From NCBI GenBank assembly GCA_963752475.1, contig CAVVYR010000008.1:384001-448000 (forward strand): a stretch of DNA of 64,000 nucleotides, read 5' to 3'. This document shows positions 10,001 to 23,636 of this stretch, one piece after another. The notes beneath the pieces are model-generated. The model ran no database searches and was not told the origin of the DNA. It was given only the letters and a program-made list of their open reading frames with translations. The DNA comes from an uncultured Chloroflexia bacterium. Its GTDB lineage: Bacteria > Chloroflexota > Limnocylindria > Limnocylindrales > CSP1-4. Position numbers and translations under genes: made by a program. Numbering within the stretch: the first letter of the stretch is position 1; each line of letters opens with the position of its first letter.

Positions 10001-11149
10001 TCAGGGCTGAGCGGATCCGGACCGGCTCATGGCGAGTGACTCGAGGATGCCCAGGCCAAGAGCGGCGCTGAGCAGCGAGGCGCCGCCGTAGGTCACGAAC
10101 GGCAGCGGCAGTCCGGTGATGGGCATGACGCCGAGGACCATGCCCACGTTGATGATCATCTGGAACAGGAGCATGCCGGCGATACCGCCGGAGAAGGCCA
10201 GCGTGAAGGTATCGCCGGAACGCCAGCCCACGTGCAACACGCGCCAGATGAGCAGCGCGAACAGCACCAGCACGACGGTGCCGCCGAGGAAGCCCAGCTG
10301 CTCCGACACGTGAGCGAAGACGAAGTCGGTCGAGCCCACGGGCAGGTTCTGGCCCGCAAGGCTGTTGGTCAGGCCACGGCCGAAGAGTCCGCCCGACCCG
10401 ACCGTGATCTGCGACTGCTGCAGCTGGTACCCGGCACCGAGCGGGTCCGCCGAGGGGTCGAGGAACGAGACGAGGCGCTGCTTCTGGTAGTCGCGCAGCA
10501 CGAACTGCCAAGCCATCGGGACCATGGCGATGACACCGAGCACCAGCACGATGAGCCAGCGCAGGCTGGCGCCCGAGAAGAAGAGCGCACCCAGCAGGAT
10601 GGCGCCGAGTACGAGCGACGTGCCGAGGTCCGGCTGGATGAGGACGAGGGCCAGCAGCGGCCCCACCACGAGACCAGCACCGAAGAACGTCCTGAAGCTG
10701 CCGATGTCGTGGCGGCGTGTGGCCAGATAGTGCGCCAACACGACCGCGAGCAGGACCTTCACGACCTCGCTGAACTGGAACTGGAGCCCGAAGATGGAAA
10801 CCCAGCGCTGCACGCCACCGGTGCCGCTGCCGACCGCCAGCGTGAGCACCAGCAGGGCGATGCTGAACCCATAGATCGGCCACGCGAACGTGCGAAGCCA
10901 GTGGTGGTCGGCAGCGGCGGTGGCTACGAAGATGATCGCCGCTAGTGCGAGCCAGATGAGGCTGCGCATGAAGATGGAGCCTGGCCGGAAGGGGTCATCG
11001 GCCGAGTTGGTGAAGGCCATGAGCAGACCCACCACCGTCAGTGAGAGCGCGAAGATCGCCAGCGGCAGATCGAAGCCGTACCAGCGCCCCTCCCCTTCCT
11101 TGGCGGTGAGCGTACCGACGCGCGCTGGCTCGAGGCGGACGGTGCTCAT
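10001..11149 (-). CDS. rodA: Rod shape-determining SEDS protein RodA
   Basis: RW..G.QFQ.SE..K, QPDLGT, TDF.F, TGLPLPF..YGG; follows PBP2. Confidence 0.93.
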   Translation of the reverse strand: MSTVRLEPARVGTLTAKEGEGRWYGFDLPLAIFALSLTVVGLLMAFTNSADDPFRPGSIFMRSLIWLALAAIIFVATAAADHHWLRTFAWPIYGFSIALLVLTLAVGSGTGGVQRWVSIFGLQFQFSEVVKVLLAVVLAHYLATRRHDIGSFRTFFGAGLVVGPLLALVLIQPDLGTSLVLGAILLGALFFSGASLRWLIVLVLGVIAMVPMAWQFVLRDYQKQRLVSFLDPSADPLGAGYQLQQSQITVGSGGLFGRGLTNSLAGQNLPVGSTDFVFAHVSEQLGFLGGTVVLVLFALLIWRVLHVGWRSGDTFTLAFSGGIAGMLLFQMIINVGMVLGVMPITGLPLPFVTYGGASLLSAALGLGILESLAMSRSGSAQP

Positions 11150-13080
11150 CAGCTGTTGCGGTTGTAGAAGTTGTCGCGGACAAGGAAGTCGTGGTTGCGT
11201 AGGTCGACCTTGATGCCGTAGTGCAGCTGCAGGAAGTACTTCACGACCTCCGTGGCGGAGTTTCCCCTGGTGCGGGTGTCATCGAGATACGCCAGCACGA
11301 CGAGGTTGGAGTCCTCGCGCTTGACGGCCTGGAGGCCGGTGGGGTCGGAGGCGGTCTTGCGCGCCTGCTTGGGCACGAACGCGGCGAACCAGTTGGAGAA
11401 GGGCAGGCGGCCCTGCTTGTCGCGTTCGCCGAACTCGGCCGTGCCAGACTTGCCGGCGACCACGATGGGCAGGTCGGCGAGGTTGTCGGTGTGGCGGATG
11501 GTGACCACGCGGCGAGCAGCCTGGCGCATCGTCCTGAGTACCGACTTGTCCAGGTCCATCTCGCGCACGACCTCCGGCTGGATGCGCTCGACGAGCTTGC
11601 CCTCCTGATCCACGACCTTGCGCACCAGCTGGGGCTTGTAGATCGTGCCGCCGTTGGCCAGGGCGGCATAGGAGTTGAGCACCTGGATGGGTGTGCTCAT
11701 GTTGTAGCCCTGTCCGATGCCGGCCTGGTACAGCTCGCCGGTGTAGTAGATCTCGCCCTTGGTGCGCTGCTTCCACTCGGTCGTGGGCACGATCCCGCGG
11801 GCCTCGCCCGGCAGGTCGATGCCGGTGGGCTCGCCGAACCCGAACTGGTGCGCCCAGTAGGCCAGCCGGTCGATACCGCCGAGGCGTCCGGCGACCTGGT
11901 AGAAGAAGGTGTCGCTGGAGTGGCCGAAGCCGTCGAAGATGTTGAGGCCGCCCCAGCCCTCGCCGTTCCACTCGAAGTACTCCCAGCCGTTGACCTCGAT
12001 CGCGGGCTTCGTCTGGATGACCGTGGTGGTCGTGATCCTGCCATCGGCCAATGCGCCGGTGCCGGTGACCAGCTTGTAGGTAGAGCCGGGCGGATACTGC
12101 TCGTTGATGGCCACGTTCAGCATCGGCTTGGACGGGTCCCGGAGCAGCTTGTTGTACTCCCTCATGGAGATGCCCTGGGCGAAGGCGTTGCTGTCGTACG
12201 AGGGCAGCGAGACCATGGCCAGGATCTCGCCGTTCTGCGGGTTCATGGCGACGAAGGCACCGCGCTTGACCGGGATCTTGTCCATGGCCCACTTCAGCGC
12301 CTTTTGCGCGTTCTTCTGGACCTTGGTGTCGATGGTCAACTGGAGCGAGTGGCCGGCCTCTGGCTCGACAAGGATCTCCGGTGCCTTGACCTCGTGGCCC
12401 TGGGCATCGAGATCGACCTCCTCCAGGCCGTACTTGCCACGAAGGACGCCCTCCCACGTGGCTTCGATGCCCGCCTTGCCGATGAGGTCTTCGGGGTAGT
12501 AGCCATCGTCACGCAGGGCTTCGTACTCCGAGGCGTTGATGCGCCCAGTCCAGCCGAGGACGTGCGACATGAGCTTGTCGTAGGCGTAGTGGCGCCGAGC
12601 CTCGAGGTCGACGTGGACGCCCGGGAACAGCTCCGGGTCCTCGGCGATCATGCGCGCGGTATCGGTATCGATATCCGTGATGCGTACCAGCTCGTACTGC
12701 GAACCGGTATGGCGGTCGATGAGCTCGACGATCCGCCGTGTCTTGATGTCGGTGAGGCCGGCGATACGCTCGGCCACCTCCTGTCGCTCCGTGAAGGCCA
12801 GCTCAGCGGGCATGATGCGCAGCACGAATGTGGGCACGTTCTCGACGAGGAGCTTGCCCTTGCGGTCGTAGACCAGCCCGCGGGCGACCGGGATGGCCTT
12901 CTCTGTCGTGAGCTGGACGTCCTGGTAGGCGGCGTAGGTCGAGCCCTCGGCCAGCTGCAACTGGAACAGACGCAGGCCGAGACCGGCCACGGCCAGGATG
13001 ATGGCCACGCCGAAGACGAGGAAGCGCGGGGCCAGGCTGGGGCGCGGACTCGGATCACCGAGCAGGATGGGTTCGTCCAT
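11149..13080 (-). CDS. mrdA: Penicillin-binding protein 2
   Basis: RG..YDR.G, PGSTYK (SxxK), SSD, KSGTAE; start ATG 13080. Confidence 0.94.
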   Translation of the reverse strand: MDEPILLGDPSPRPSLAPRFLVFGVAIILAVAGLGLRLFQLQLAEGSTYAAYQDVQLTTEKAIPVARGLVYDRKGKLLVENVPTFVLRIMPAELAFTERQEVAERIAGLTDIKTRRIVELIDRHTGSQYELVRITDIDTDTARMIAEDPELFPGVHVDLEARRHYAYDKLMSHVLGWTGRINASEYEALRDDGYYPEDLIGKAGIEATWEGVLRGKYGLEEVDLDAQGHEVKAPEILVEPEAGHSLQLTIDTKVQKNAQKALKWAMDKIPVKRGAFVAMNPQNGEILAMVSLPSYDSNAFAQGISMREYNKLLRDPSKPMLNVAINEQYPPGSTYKLVTGTGALADGRITTTTVIQTKPAIEVNGWEYFEWNGEGWGGLNIFDGFGHSSDTFFYQVAGRLGGIDRLAYWAHQFGFGEPTGIDLPGEARGIVPTTEWKQRTKGEIYYTGELYQAGIGQGYNMSTPIQVLNSYAALANGGTIYKPQLVRKVVDQEGKLVERIQPEVVREMDLDKSVLRTMRQAARRVVTIRHTDNLADLPIVVAGKSGTAEFGERDKQGRLPFSNWFAAFVPKQARKTASDPTGLQAVKREDSNLVVLAYLDDTRTRGNSATEVVKYFLQLHYGIKVDLRNHDFLVRDNFYNRNS

Positions 13081-13087
13081 CAGGCCC

Positions 13088-13591
13088 TCACCATGCCAAG
13101 CGCTCCGGCTCGCCGAAGCGCAGGTCGAGCGCTCGCACCACCGGAACCGAGACGGCCGCGATGACACCGTTCAACAGCGAGATGAACACGAGATCGGACA
13201 CCGAGAGGCCGGCGAATGCGGCTCCGCTCGAAAGCGCGTGCACGGCCTGCAGGAGCAAGTGGTAGCCGAACGTCAGCACCACCGCCGTGACGGCGATGAA
13301 GGCGAGGCGCGGCGGCCATAGCACACGGGCCACCATCAGCGCCGCGGAGATGACGAGGATCAGCGTCAACGCCGAAGAGCCCAGGACATGCCCGGGTATC
13401 AGCAGGTCGAGCGAGACGCCTCCCACGAAGGCCCAGGTCATTCCGCTCTCGAAACCAAGGACCATCGCAACGGCGATGCCCATGGCAAAGACGAGGTCGG
13501 GCCTGACGCTGCCCACCTGGAGATGGGTCAGCACGCTCGACTCCAGGATGGCAACTAGGACGGCCCCCACGGCAGGAGCCAACACGCTCAT
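13088..13591 (-). CDS. mreD: Rod shape-determining protein MreD
   Basis: Hydrophobic 167 aa, RPDL, AF.GG..LDL; directly upstream of mrdA. Confidence 0.85.
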   Translation of the reverse strand: MSVLAPAVGAVLVAILESSVLTHLQVGSVRPDLVFAMGIAVAMVLGFESGMTWAFVGGVSLDLLIPGHVLGSSALTLILVISAALMVARVLWPPRLAFIAVTAVVLTFGYHLLLQAVHALSSGAAFAGLSVSDLVFISLLNGVIAAVSVPVVRALDLRFGEPERLAW

Positions 13592-14036
13592 CAGGGTGTG
13601 TCGATGCTATTGCTTTCACGGCTTGGGTCACCCGGTCGAGTCGCCCCTCGAGCTGCGAGTGAACCCGGGCAGAAAGTATAGCCGACGCCCCAAAGGGCGC
13701 TCACCGAGACGGACGTTGACCAACGACTTGACCGCAGGGTCGAGGCTCGAATCGGGCCGGCCGCGATCTCAGGAGGCTGTCCCCTCCCCTGCGGACGTAG
13801 ACCCCCGTGCAAGCGCAGCTGCCGCGTCGGGCCCGAGGGCACATCTGACCGCTAGAGGCGGCGAGCCTTGCATGTGTCGGGCGTATCGTCTTTCCCCGGG
13901 GTCCAGGTCGTCTCGATGGTCCCTGGAGTTCGACGCCAAGGATGACCGCGGGCTGCGCGCGGCGTCGCTCCAAACGATAGAGCCGGTTCCATGTTCGCCT
14001 CCAGAGCCGACTCCCCTGCCCTTGCGAGGCACTGTT

Positions 14037-14052
14037 TGTTCCACGTGGAACA
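14037..14052. promoter_or_regulatory. parS site 1
   Basis: Perfect palindrome TGTTCCACGTGGAACA upstream of parAB. Confidence 0.92.
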
Positions 14053-14085
14053 GCTCCGTCGGTGGCAGACTGCGGACTAGTCGCA

Positions 14086-14123
14086 ACCCAGCCCCAGGCA
14101 ACAGACCCAGCCCCAGGCAACAG
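14086..14123. repeat. 19-bp perfect tandem repeat, two copies
   Basis: ACCCAGCCCCAGGCAACAG at 14086-14104 and 14105-14123. Confidence 0.9.
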
Positions 14124-14146
14124 ACAGAGAATGAGGGTGGATAGGG

Positions 14147-14162
14147 TGTTCCACGTGGAACG
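14147..14162. promoter_or_regulatory. parS site 2
   Basis: TGTTCCACGTGGAACG, one mismatch to consensus. Confidence 0.9.
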
Positions 14163-14376
14163 CCGCTATCGCGGCTCGGTCGGTCTTCGCGGTGTAAGCG
14201 ATCGAACGTTTCCCACACCGAGCATGTGGACAAGCTGCGGATAAGTGGTGAGACCACGCTGGATGTATCGACTTTGGCATCGTTGTTGCGGAACATCGCC
14301 GCCCGGTGGTGCGGGAATGCACCATCACGCTGCTCAGAGTAGAATTGGACTAGTGAACGAACGGGTTGGGGGCTGA

Positions 14377-15219
14377 GTGGGCGAGACGATCGCCTGCGCA
14401 AATCAGAAGGGCGGAGTCGGGAAGACCACGACCGTGGTTAGCCTTGCTTCGTATCTTGCGCTGGATGGCCATCGAGTCCTACTCGTGGACATGGATCCAC
14501 AGGGGAATGCGACCAGTGGCCTCGGCATCGACCGCGAGAGCATCGAACAGTCGGTCTACGACGTGCTGCTCGCTGGTGCAGACATAAGTGCCACCGTACG
14601 CGAGACGAGGGTAGAAAACCTGTCAGTCCTTCCTTCAGACCGGAGTCTCGCGGGTGCCGAGGTCGAACTCGTCCCGAGCTCCGCACGTGAACGCCGTCTC
14701 AAGCAGGTCTTGGAGCCGGCAAGGGAGGGCTACGACTTCATCCTGCTCGATTGCCCACCATCGCTCGGGTTACTGACGGTGAACTCACTGACAGCAGCGG
14801 ACAGCGTGCTCATCCCACTGCAGTGCGAGTACTACGCCTTGGAGGGCCTGGGGCAACTGATGGCCACCGTGGAGCTCATCAGGGAGCACCTGAACCCACC
14901 GCTTCAGTTGAAGGGCGTGATCCTCACGATGCATGACGGGCGTACGAGTCTCTCGGCCGATGTCACGACCGAAGTGCGCCGTCACCTCGGGAGCCAGGTA
15001 TTCGAAGCGGTCATCCCGCGGAGCGTCCGACTGGCCGAGGCCCCCAGCTACGGCCAGTCGATCGCCTCCTACAGCCCGAGCTCCAGAGGCGCCCTAGCGT
15101 ATCAAGCGCTCACTGCCGAGTTGCTGCGCCGCAGCAAGCTGCAACCAAGCGAATCCCTGCTCGAAGCGAGCCAGCGGTTCGAGATCCCACGTAGCGCCCA
15201 AGCAGGGGAGGTGAGCTAG
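14377..15219 (+). CDS. parA: Chromosome partitioning ATPase ParA/Soj
   Basis: NQKGGVGKTT, D.DPQGN, DCPPSLG, IPRSVRLAEAPS. Confidence 0.96.
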   Translation: MGETIACANQKGGVGKTTTVVSLASYLALDGHRVLLVDMDPQGNATSGLGIDRESIEQSVYDVLLAGADISATVRETRVENLSVLPSDRSLAGAEVELVPSSARERRLKQVLEPAREGYDFILLDCPPSLGLLTVNSLTAADSVLIPLQCEYYALEGLGQLMATVELIREHLNPPLQLKGVILTMHDGRTSLSADVTTEVRRHLGSQVFEAVIPRSVRLAEAPSYGQSIASYSPSSRGALAYQALTAELLRRSKLQPSESLLEASQRFEIPRSAQAGEVS

Positions 15220-15221
15220 TC

Positions 15222-19020
<3,799 letters not shown>

Positions 19021-19024
<4 letters not shown>

Positions 19025-21588
19025 CCGACCCGATCGAGAACGTCCGCTCGGTCCCCATCGAGGAAGAGCTCAAGTCGGCCTATCTCGATTACGCGATGAG
19101 CGTGATCGTGAGCCGCGCACTCCCCGATGTGCGCGATGGCCTCAAGCCGGTGCACCGGCGCATCCTGTACACGATGAACGAGATGGGCCTGAATTCGGGC
19201 GCCTCGTATCGCAAGTGCGCGGCCATCGTCGGCGACGTCATGGGCAAGTACCACCCTCACGGCGACCAGGCTATCTACGACGCCCTGGTACGCCTGGCTC
19301 AGGACTTCTCGCTGCGCTTCCCGTTGGTCGACGGACAGGGCAACTTCGGCTCCGTCGACGGCGACCCCGCCGCTGCCATGCGCTACACCGAGGCGCGCAT
19401 GACGGCCATCTCCGCCGAGGTCCTGGCCGACATCGACAAGGACACCGTCGACTTCGTCGAAAACTACGACGGCACGCGCATGCAACCGTCTGTGCTGCCG
19501 GCCAAGCTCCCGAACCTGCTCATCAACGGTTCCGCGGGCATCGCGGTGGGCATGGCCACGAACATCCCGCCGCACAACCTGGGTGAGGTCGTGCGTGCCA
19601 CACAGGCCCTCATCGATGACCCCGAGATGAACACCGACGCGCTGTGTGAGCACCTCCTGGGCCCGGACCTGCCCACCGGCGCAACGATCTTCCGTTACGA
19701 CCGCCGCCGCAACCCGGTGACCGGCGAGTGGGAGGAGATCGACGCCATCCGCGACATGTACCGCCACGGGCGAGGCCGGGTCGTGATGCAGGCACAGGTC
19801 GCCTTCGAGGAGACGCGCAACGGGCGCACGGCCATCGTGGCCACCTCGATCCCCTACCAGGTCAACAAGTCCACGCTGTTGGAGAAGATCGCCGACCTCG
19901 TCAAGAACGGCAAGGTCGACGGCATCGCTGACATGCGCGACGAGTCCGACCGCGACGGCATGCGCATCGTCATCGAGTGCAAGAGGGACGCGGCGCCGCG
20001 CAAGGTGCTCAACAACCTCTTCAAGCACACCGCACTGAAGATGGCTTACAACGCCAACATGGTCGCGCTCGTCGAAGGTCAACCTCAGACGCTCTCGCTC
20101 AAGCAGATGCTCCAGCACCACATCGAGTGGCGCCAGGTGATCGTGCGGCGACGCACCGAGTTCGACTTGCAGAAGGCCAAGGACCGGGCCCACATCCTCG
20201 AGGGCCTCAAGACCGCGCTCGACAACCTCGACGCGGTCATCAAGACCATCCGGGAGTCCGCCGACGTCGAGACCGCGCGGCGCAACCTCATCGAGCGCTT
20301 CGGTCTGTCCGAGGTCCAGGCCAACGCCATCCTCGAGATGCAGCTGCGCCGCCTGGCCGCCCTCGAACGCCAGAAGATCGAGGACGAATACGTCGGCATC
20401 ATCCAGAAGATCGCCGAACTCGAGGACATCCTGGCCAACCCCAAGCGGGTGCTCCAGATCATCCGCGACGAGCTGGGCGAGCTCGACCTCAAGTACGGCG
20501 AAGACCGCCGCACGCGCATCGAGGGCAGCGCCGACAAGGAACTCAGCGACGAGGACCTGATAGCGGACGAGGACGTGGTCATCACCATCAGCGGTCGCGG
20601 CTACATCAAGCGCCAGCCGCTCGTGACCTACAGACGTCAAGCGCGCGGTGGCAAGGGCATCATCGGTGCCCGCACGGTGGAGGAGGACGCCGTCGGCTAC
20701 CTGCTCGTGGCAAACACCCACGACTGGGCGCTGTTCTTCACCGATCGTGGACGTGTCTTCAGCTCCAAGGTCCACGAGATCCCTGATGCCAGCCGGCAGG
20801 CCAAGGGCATGCCCATCATCAACCTCGAGGGCGTGCAGGTCGACTCTGGTGAACGTGTGCTGGCCACGATCACGCTGCCCAACTTCGAGCCCGGCCACAA
20901 CCTGGTCATGGCCACGGTCAAGGGTGTGGTCAAGAAGACGCCCATCGAGAAGTTCGAGCGTGTGCGGTCCACCGGCATCCGCGCCATCACCGTGGCCGAT
21001 GACGACAAGCTGGCCTGGGTCGCCACCTCATCGGGAGAGGACGACATCATCCTCGCTACGGCGATGGGCCGCATCGCCCGCTTCAAGGAGTCGGAGGTCC
21101 GAGCCATGGGCCGCGACGCCGCCGGCGTCATCGGCATCCGCCTGGCCAACAAGAGCGACAGGGTCGTGGTCATGGGCGTGCTGCGCGAGGGTATGGACAT
21201 CCTCGTGCTCACCGAGACCGGCTACGGCAAGCGCGTGACCAACGCCGAGTTCCGGCCCAAGCACCGCGGTGGCCAGGGCGTACGACTCATCTCGCTCGAG
21301 GGTGCCAAGAGCGGCAAGGTCGCCGCGGTGGAGCTTGTCGATGAGTCGGACGAGGAGTTGCTGCTCATCTCCAAGGAAGGCCAGGTCGTGCGTACGGACG
21401 TCCAGTCCATCAACCGCTACGGCAGTGCCGCCCGCGGCGTGATCGTGATGCGCCTCAACGCGGGTGATACGGTCGCCGGTATCGCCGTCTTCCGCGAAGG
21501 GTTGGCAGAGCAGCGCGACGTGGACGAGAATGACGGGGAAGGGCCCGACGAGGGTGGCCCCGGCAGTGACGGAGCGGCGCAGGCATGA
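19021..21588 (+). CDS. gyrA: DNA gyrase subunit A
   Basis: [20 protein letters not shown], GyrA-box QARGGKG, CTD pinwheel repeats. Confidence 0.97.
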
Positions 21589-21610
21589 CCCACCCGGCGC
21601 GGATGGAGAC

Positions 21611-22642
21611 ATGACGGCCTTCGGGGAGACCGAGGGAACGGGTTTCGGCGAGGCCCTGGGCCTCTACAGCGGCAATGCCAATCAGCCGCTGGCGCGCAAG
21701 ATCGGACGCTATCTTGGCGCCGCTCTGGGTCAGTCCGAGGTGTTCGAGTTCGCCAACGAGAACATCTTCGTGCGTATCGTGGACAACGTGCGCGAAAAGG
21801 ACATCTTCCTCATCCAGCCGACCTGCAAGCCGGTGCAGAAATCGATCATGGAGCTGCTCATCATGATCGATGCCTTCAAGCGCGCCAGCGCCGGCCGCAT
21901 CACGGCGGTCGTGCCGTACTACTCGTACGGGCGCTCGGACAAGAAGGACCAGCCGCGCGTGCCCATCACGGCGCGTCTCATCGCGGACATGATCAGCGTG
22001 GCCGGTGCCGACCGGCTACTCACGATGGACCTGCACCAGGGCCAGATCCAGGGCTTCTTCAACATCCCCGTCGACGAGCTGACCGCGACCCACATCCTCT
22101 CGAACTACTGGAAACAGAAGGAGCTCGAGAACACGGTGGTGGTCACCGATCTCGGCTTCGCCAAGCGCGCACGCACCTTCGCTGAGCTGGTGGGTGCACC
22201 CATGGCCATCATCGAGAAGCGTCGCGAGGGTAACGACGATCAAGCGAAGGTCATGAACGTCATCGGCAAGGTGCGCGGCAAGCGGGCCATCATCGTCGAC
22301 GACGAGATCGACACCGGCGGCACGCTGGTCGAGACGACCAAGGCGCTCGAGCGCGAGGGAGCGGTCGAGATCTACGGCTGTGCCACGCATGGCGTGCTCT
22401 CGGATCCGGCCATCGATCGCATCCGTGACTCCGCCCTCGCGGAGGTCGTCATCACCGACACCATCCCCCTGCCGGCCTCGCACATGCTGGACAAGATCAA
22501 GGTGCTCTCGGTGGCGCCGCTCATCGGCGAGGCCATCACCCGCATCCACCAGGGCAAATCCGTGGGCGCGCTATTCTCCTCGGAGATGCAACGCGCCCAG
22601 GAGATGCTGCTCTGGGGCGAGGATGACGAGGAGCCCGCATGA
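21611..22642 (+). CDS. prs: Ribose-phosphate pyrophosphokinase
   Basis: PYYSYGRSDKK, DLHQGQIQGFF, DDEIDTGGT; RBS GGAG before ATG 21611. Confidence 0.95.
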   Translation: MTAFGETEGTGFGEALGLYSGNANQPLARKIGRYLGAALGQSEVFEFANENIFVRIVDNVREKDIFLIQPTCKPVQKSIMELLIMIDAFKRASAGRITAVVPYYSYGRSDKKDQPRVPITARLIADMISVAGADRLLTMDLHQGQIQGFFNIPVDELTATHILSNYWKQKELENTVVVTDLGFAKRARTFAELVGAPMAIIEKRREGNDDQAKVMNVIGKVRGKRAIIVDDEIDTGGTLVETTKALEREGAVEIYGCATHGVLSDPAIDRIRDSALAEVVITDTIPLPASHMLDKIKVLSVAPLIGEAITRIHQGKSVGALFSSEMQRAQEMLLWGEDDEEPA

Positions 22643-22917
22643 CCGACGAGACGGGTCTGCAGCCCGCTGAGGGCAAGGCCAAGACCACGATGTACCGCCC
22701 CGGCCCCGAAGGTGGGCTGGAAGCTGGTGCGCCGGAGGTCGAGGACTACCGCGACCAGCTGCGCTCGCGTCGCTGGGACGCTGCTCCGCTCGAGAACCCG
22801 GAGGTCGAGAAGACCGATCCGCGCATCGCGGTCGGCGCGCTCGTCCTACTCGCGGTGGTGACCTTCGTGATCATCGTCATCGGCTACGGTGCCGGCCTCT
22901 GGAGCCTGCCCACCTAG
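22639..22917 (+). CDS. Small hypothetical protein with C-terminal TM helix
   Basis: ATGA overlap with prs, GGAG RBS, genome-like codon use. Confidence 0.65.
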   Translation: MTDETGLQPAEGKAKTTMYRPGPEGGLEAGAPEVEDYRDQLRSRRWDAAPLENPEVEKTDPRIAVGALVLLAVVTFVIIVIGYGAGLWSLPT

Positions 22918-22944
22918 GTGCCCGGTAGCGCGAGACCTGCCCTC

Positions 22945-23583
22945 ATGCATGTCGTGTGGGACTGGAACGGCACCCTCCTGGACGACTTCGACCTGACCGC
23001 GCGCATTGCCGGCAGCACGATGACCACGCTGGGCGTACCGGGCGTGACTGGCGAGGACATCCGTCGAGAGTTCCGCCGGCCCTTCAGCGAGTTCTACGCC
23101 AGCCTCCTCGGGCGGCCGGTCACCCTCGAGGAATTCGCCTACATCCGCGAGCGCTACGAGACCGAGTACAGCGCAGAGCTCTTCACCATCGACCTGCAGC
23201 CTGACGCGGTAGATGCCATGGACCTTCTCGGTACGCGGGCCTCCCAGTCGCTGCTCTCGATGGCGCCTGACGTGCAGCTCCAGCAGCTCGTGGACCACCA
23301 CGGCATCCGAGGGCGGTTCAAGCTCGTGGAAGGCAGTCCGCGGACCGATAGCGACGGCAACAAGGCTGCGCGCATGGAACGCCACCTCGACGCGATCGAG
23401 GCGGATCCGGACGAGATCGTGGTCATCGGTGACACCGTGGACGACCACGACGCAGCCGTGCACTGCGGTGCACGTTCTGTGCTGGTCACGACCGGCAGCA
23501 CGGGGCGAGCCCAGCTGCAGACCACGGGCGCGCCCGTGGTCGATACGCTACGCGAAGCAGCCGTCATCGCACTCGACGGGTAG
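22945..23583 (+). CDS. HAD-family hydrolase (phosphoglycolate phosphatase-like)
   Basis: WDWNGTLLD motif I, LS, K, IGDT.DD; start 22918 or 22945. Confidence 0.88.
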   Translation: MHVVWDWNGTLLDDFDLTARIAGSTMTTLGVPGVTGEDIRREFRRPFSEFYASLLGRPVTLEEFAYIRERYETEYSAELFTIDLQPDAVDAMDLLGTRASQSLLSMAPDVQLQQLVDHHGIRGRFKLVEGSPRTDSDGNKAARMERHLDAIEADPDEIVVIGDTVDDHDAAVHCGARSVLVTTGSTGRAQLQTTGAPVVDTLREAAVIALDG

Positions 23584-23636
23584 TTAGCCGAGGTAACGGT
23601 CTCTACGGCAGCTGCGAATGCTCGGTGCCCGAACCG

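Noticed and set aside
11221-13164. Long antisense or alternate-frame ORFs (also 19015-20898, 50966-53959, 48923-50899 and others)
   Set aside because: Shadows of real genes caused by high GC3 and few stops; no motifs
13591-13842. 83-aa ORF whose stop overlaps the mreD start (possible mreC remnant)
   Set aside because: No MreC-like sequence, atypical composition, and it spans the likely mreD promoter
14086-14123. Possible CRISPR or iteron array
   Set aside because: Only two adjacent copies, no spacers, no cas or rep gene; no CRISPR seen anywhere in the window
22130-22175. PRPP synthetase motif VVTDLG instead of VVSPD.G
   Set aside because: Other catalytic motifs are intact; probably lineage variation and not assessable without an alignment
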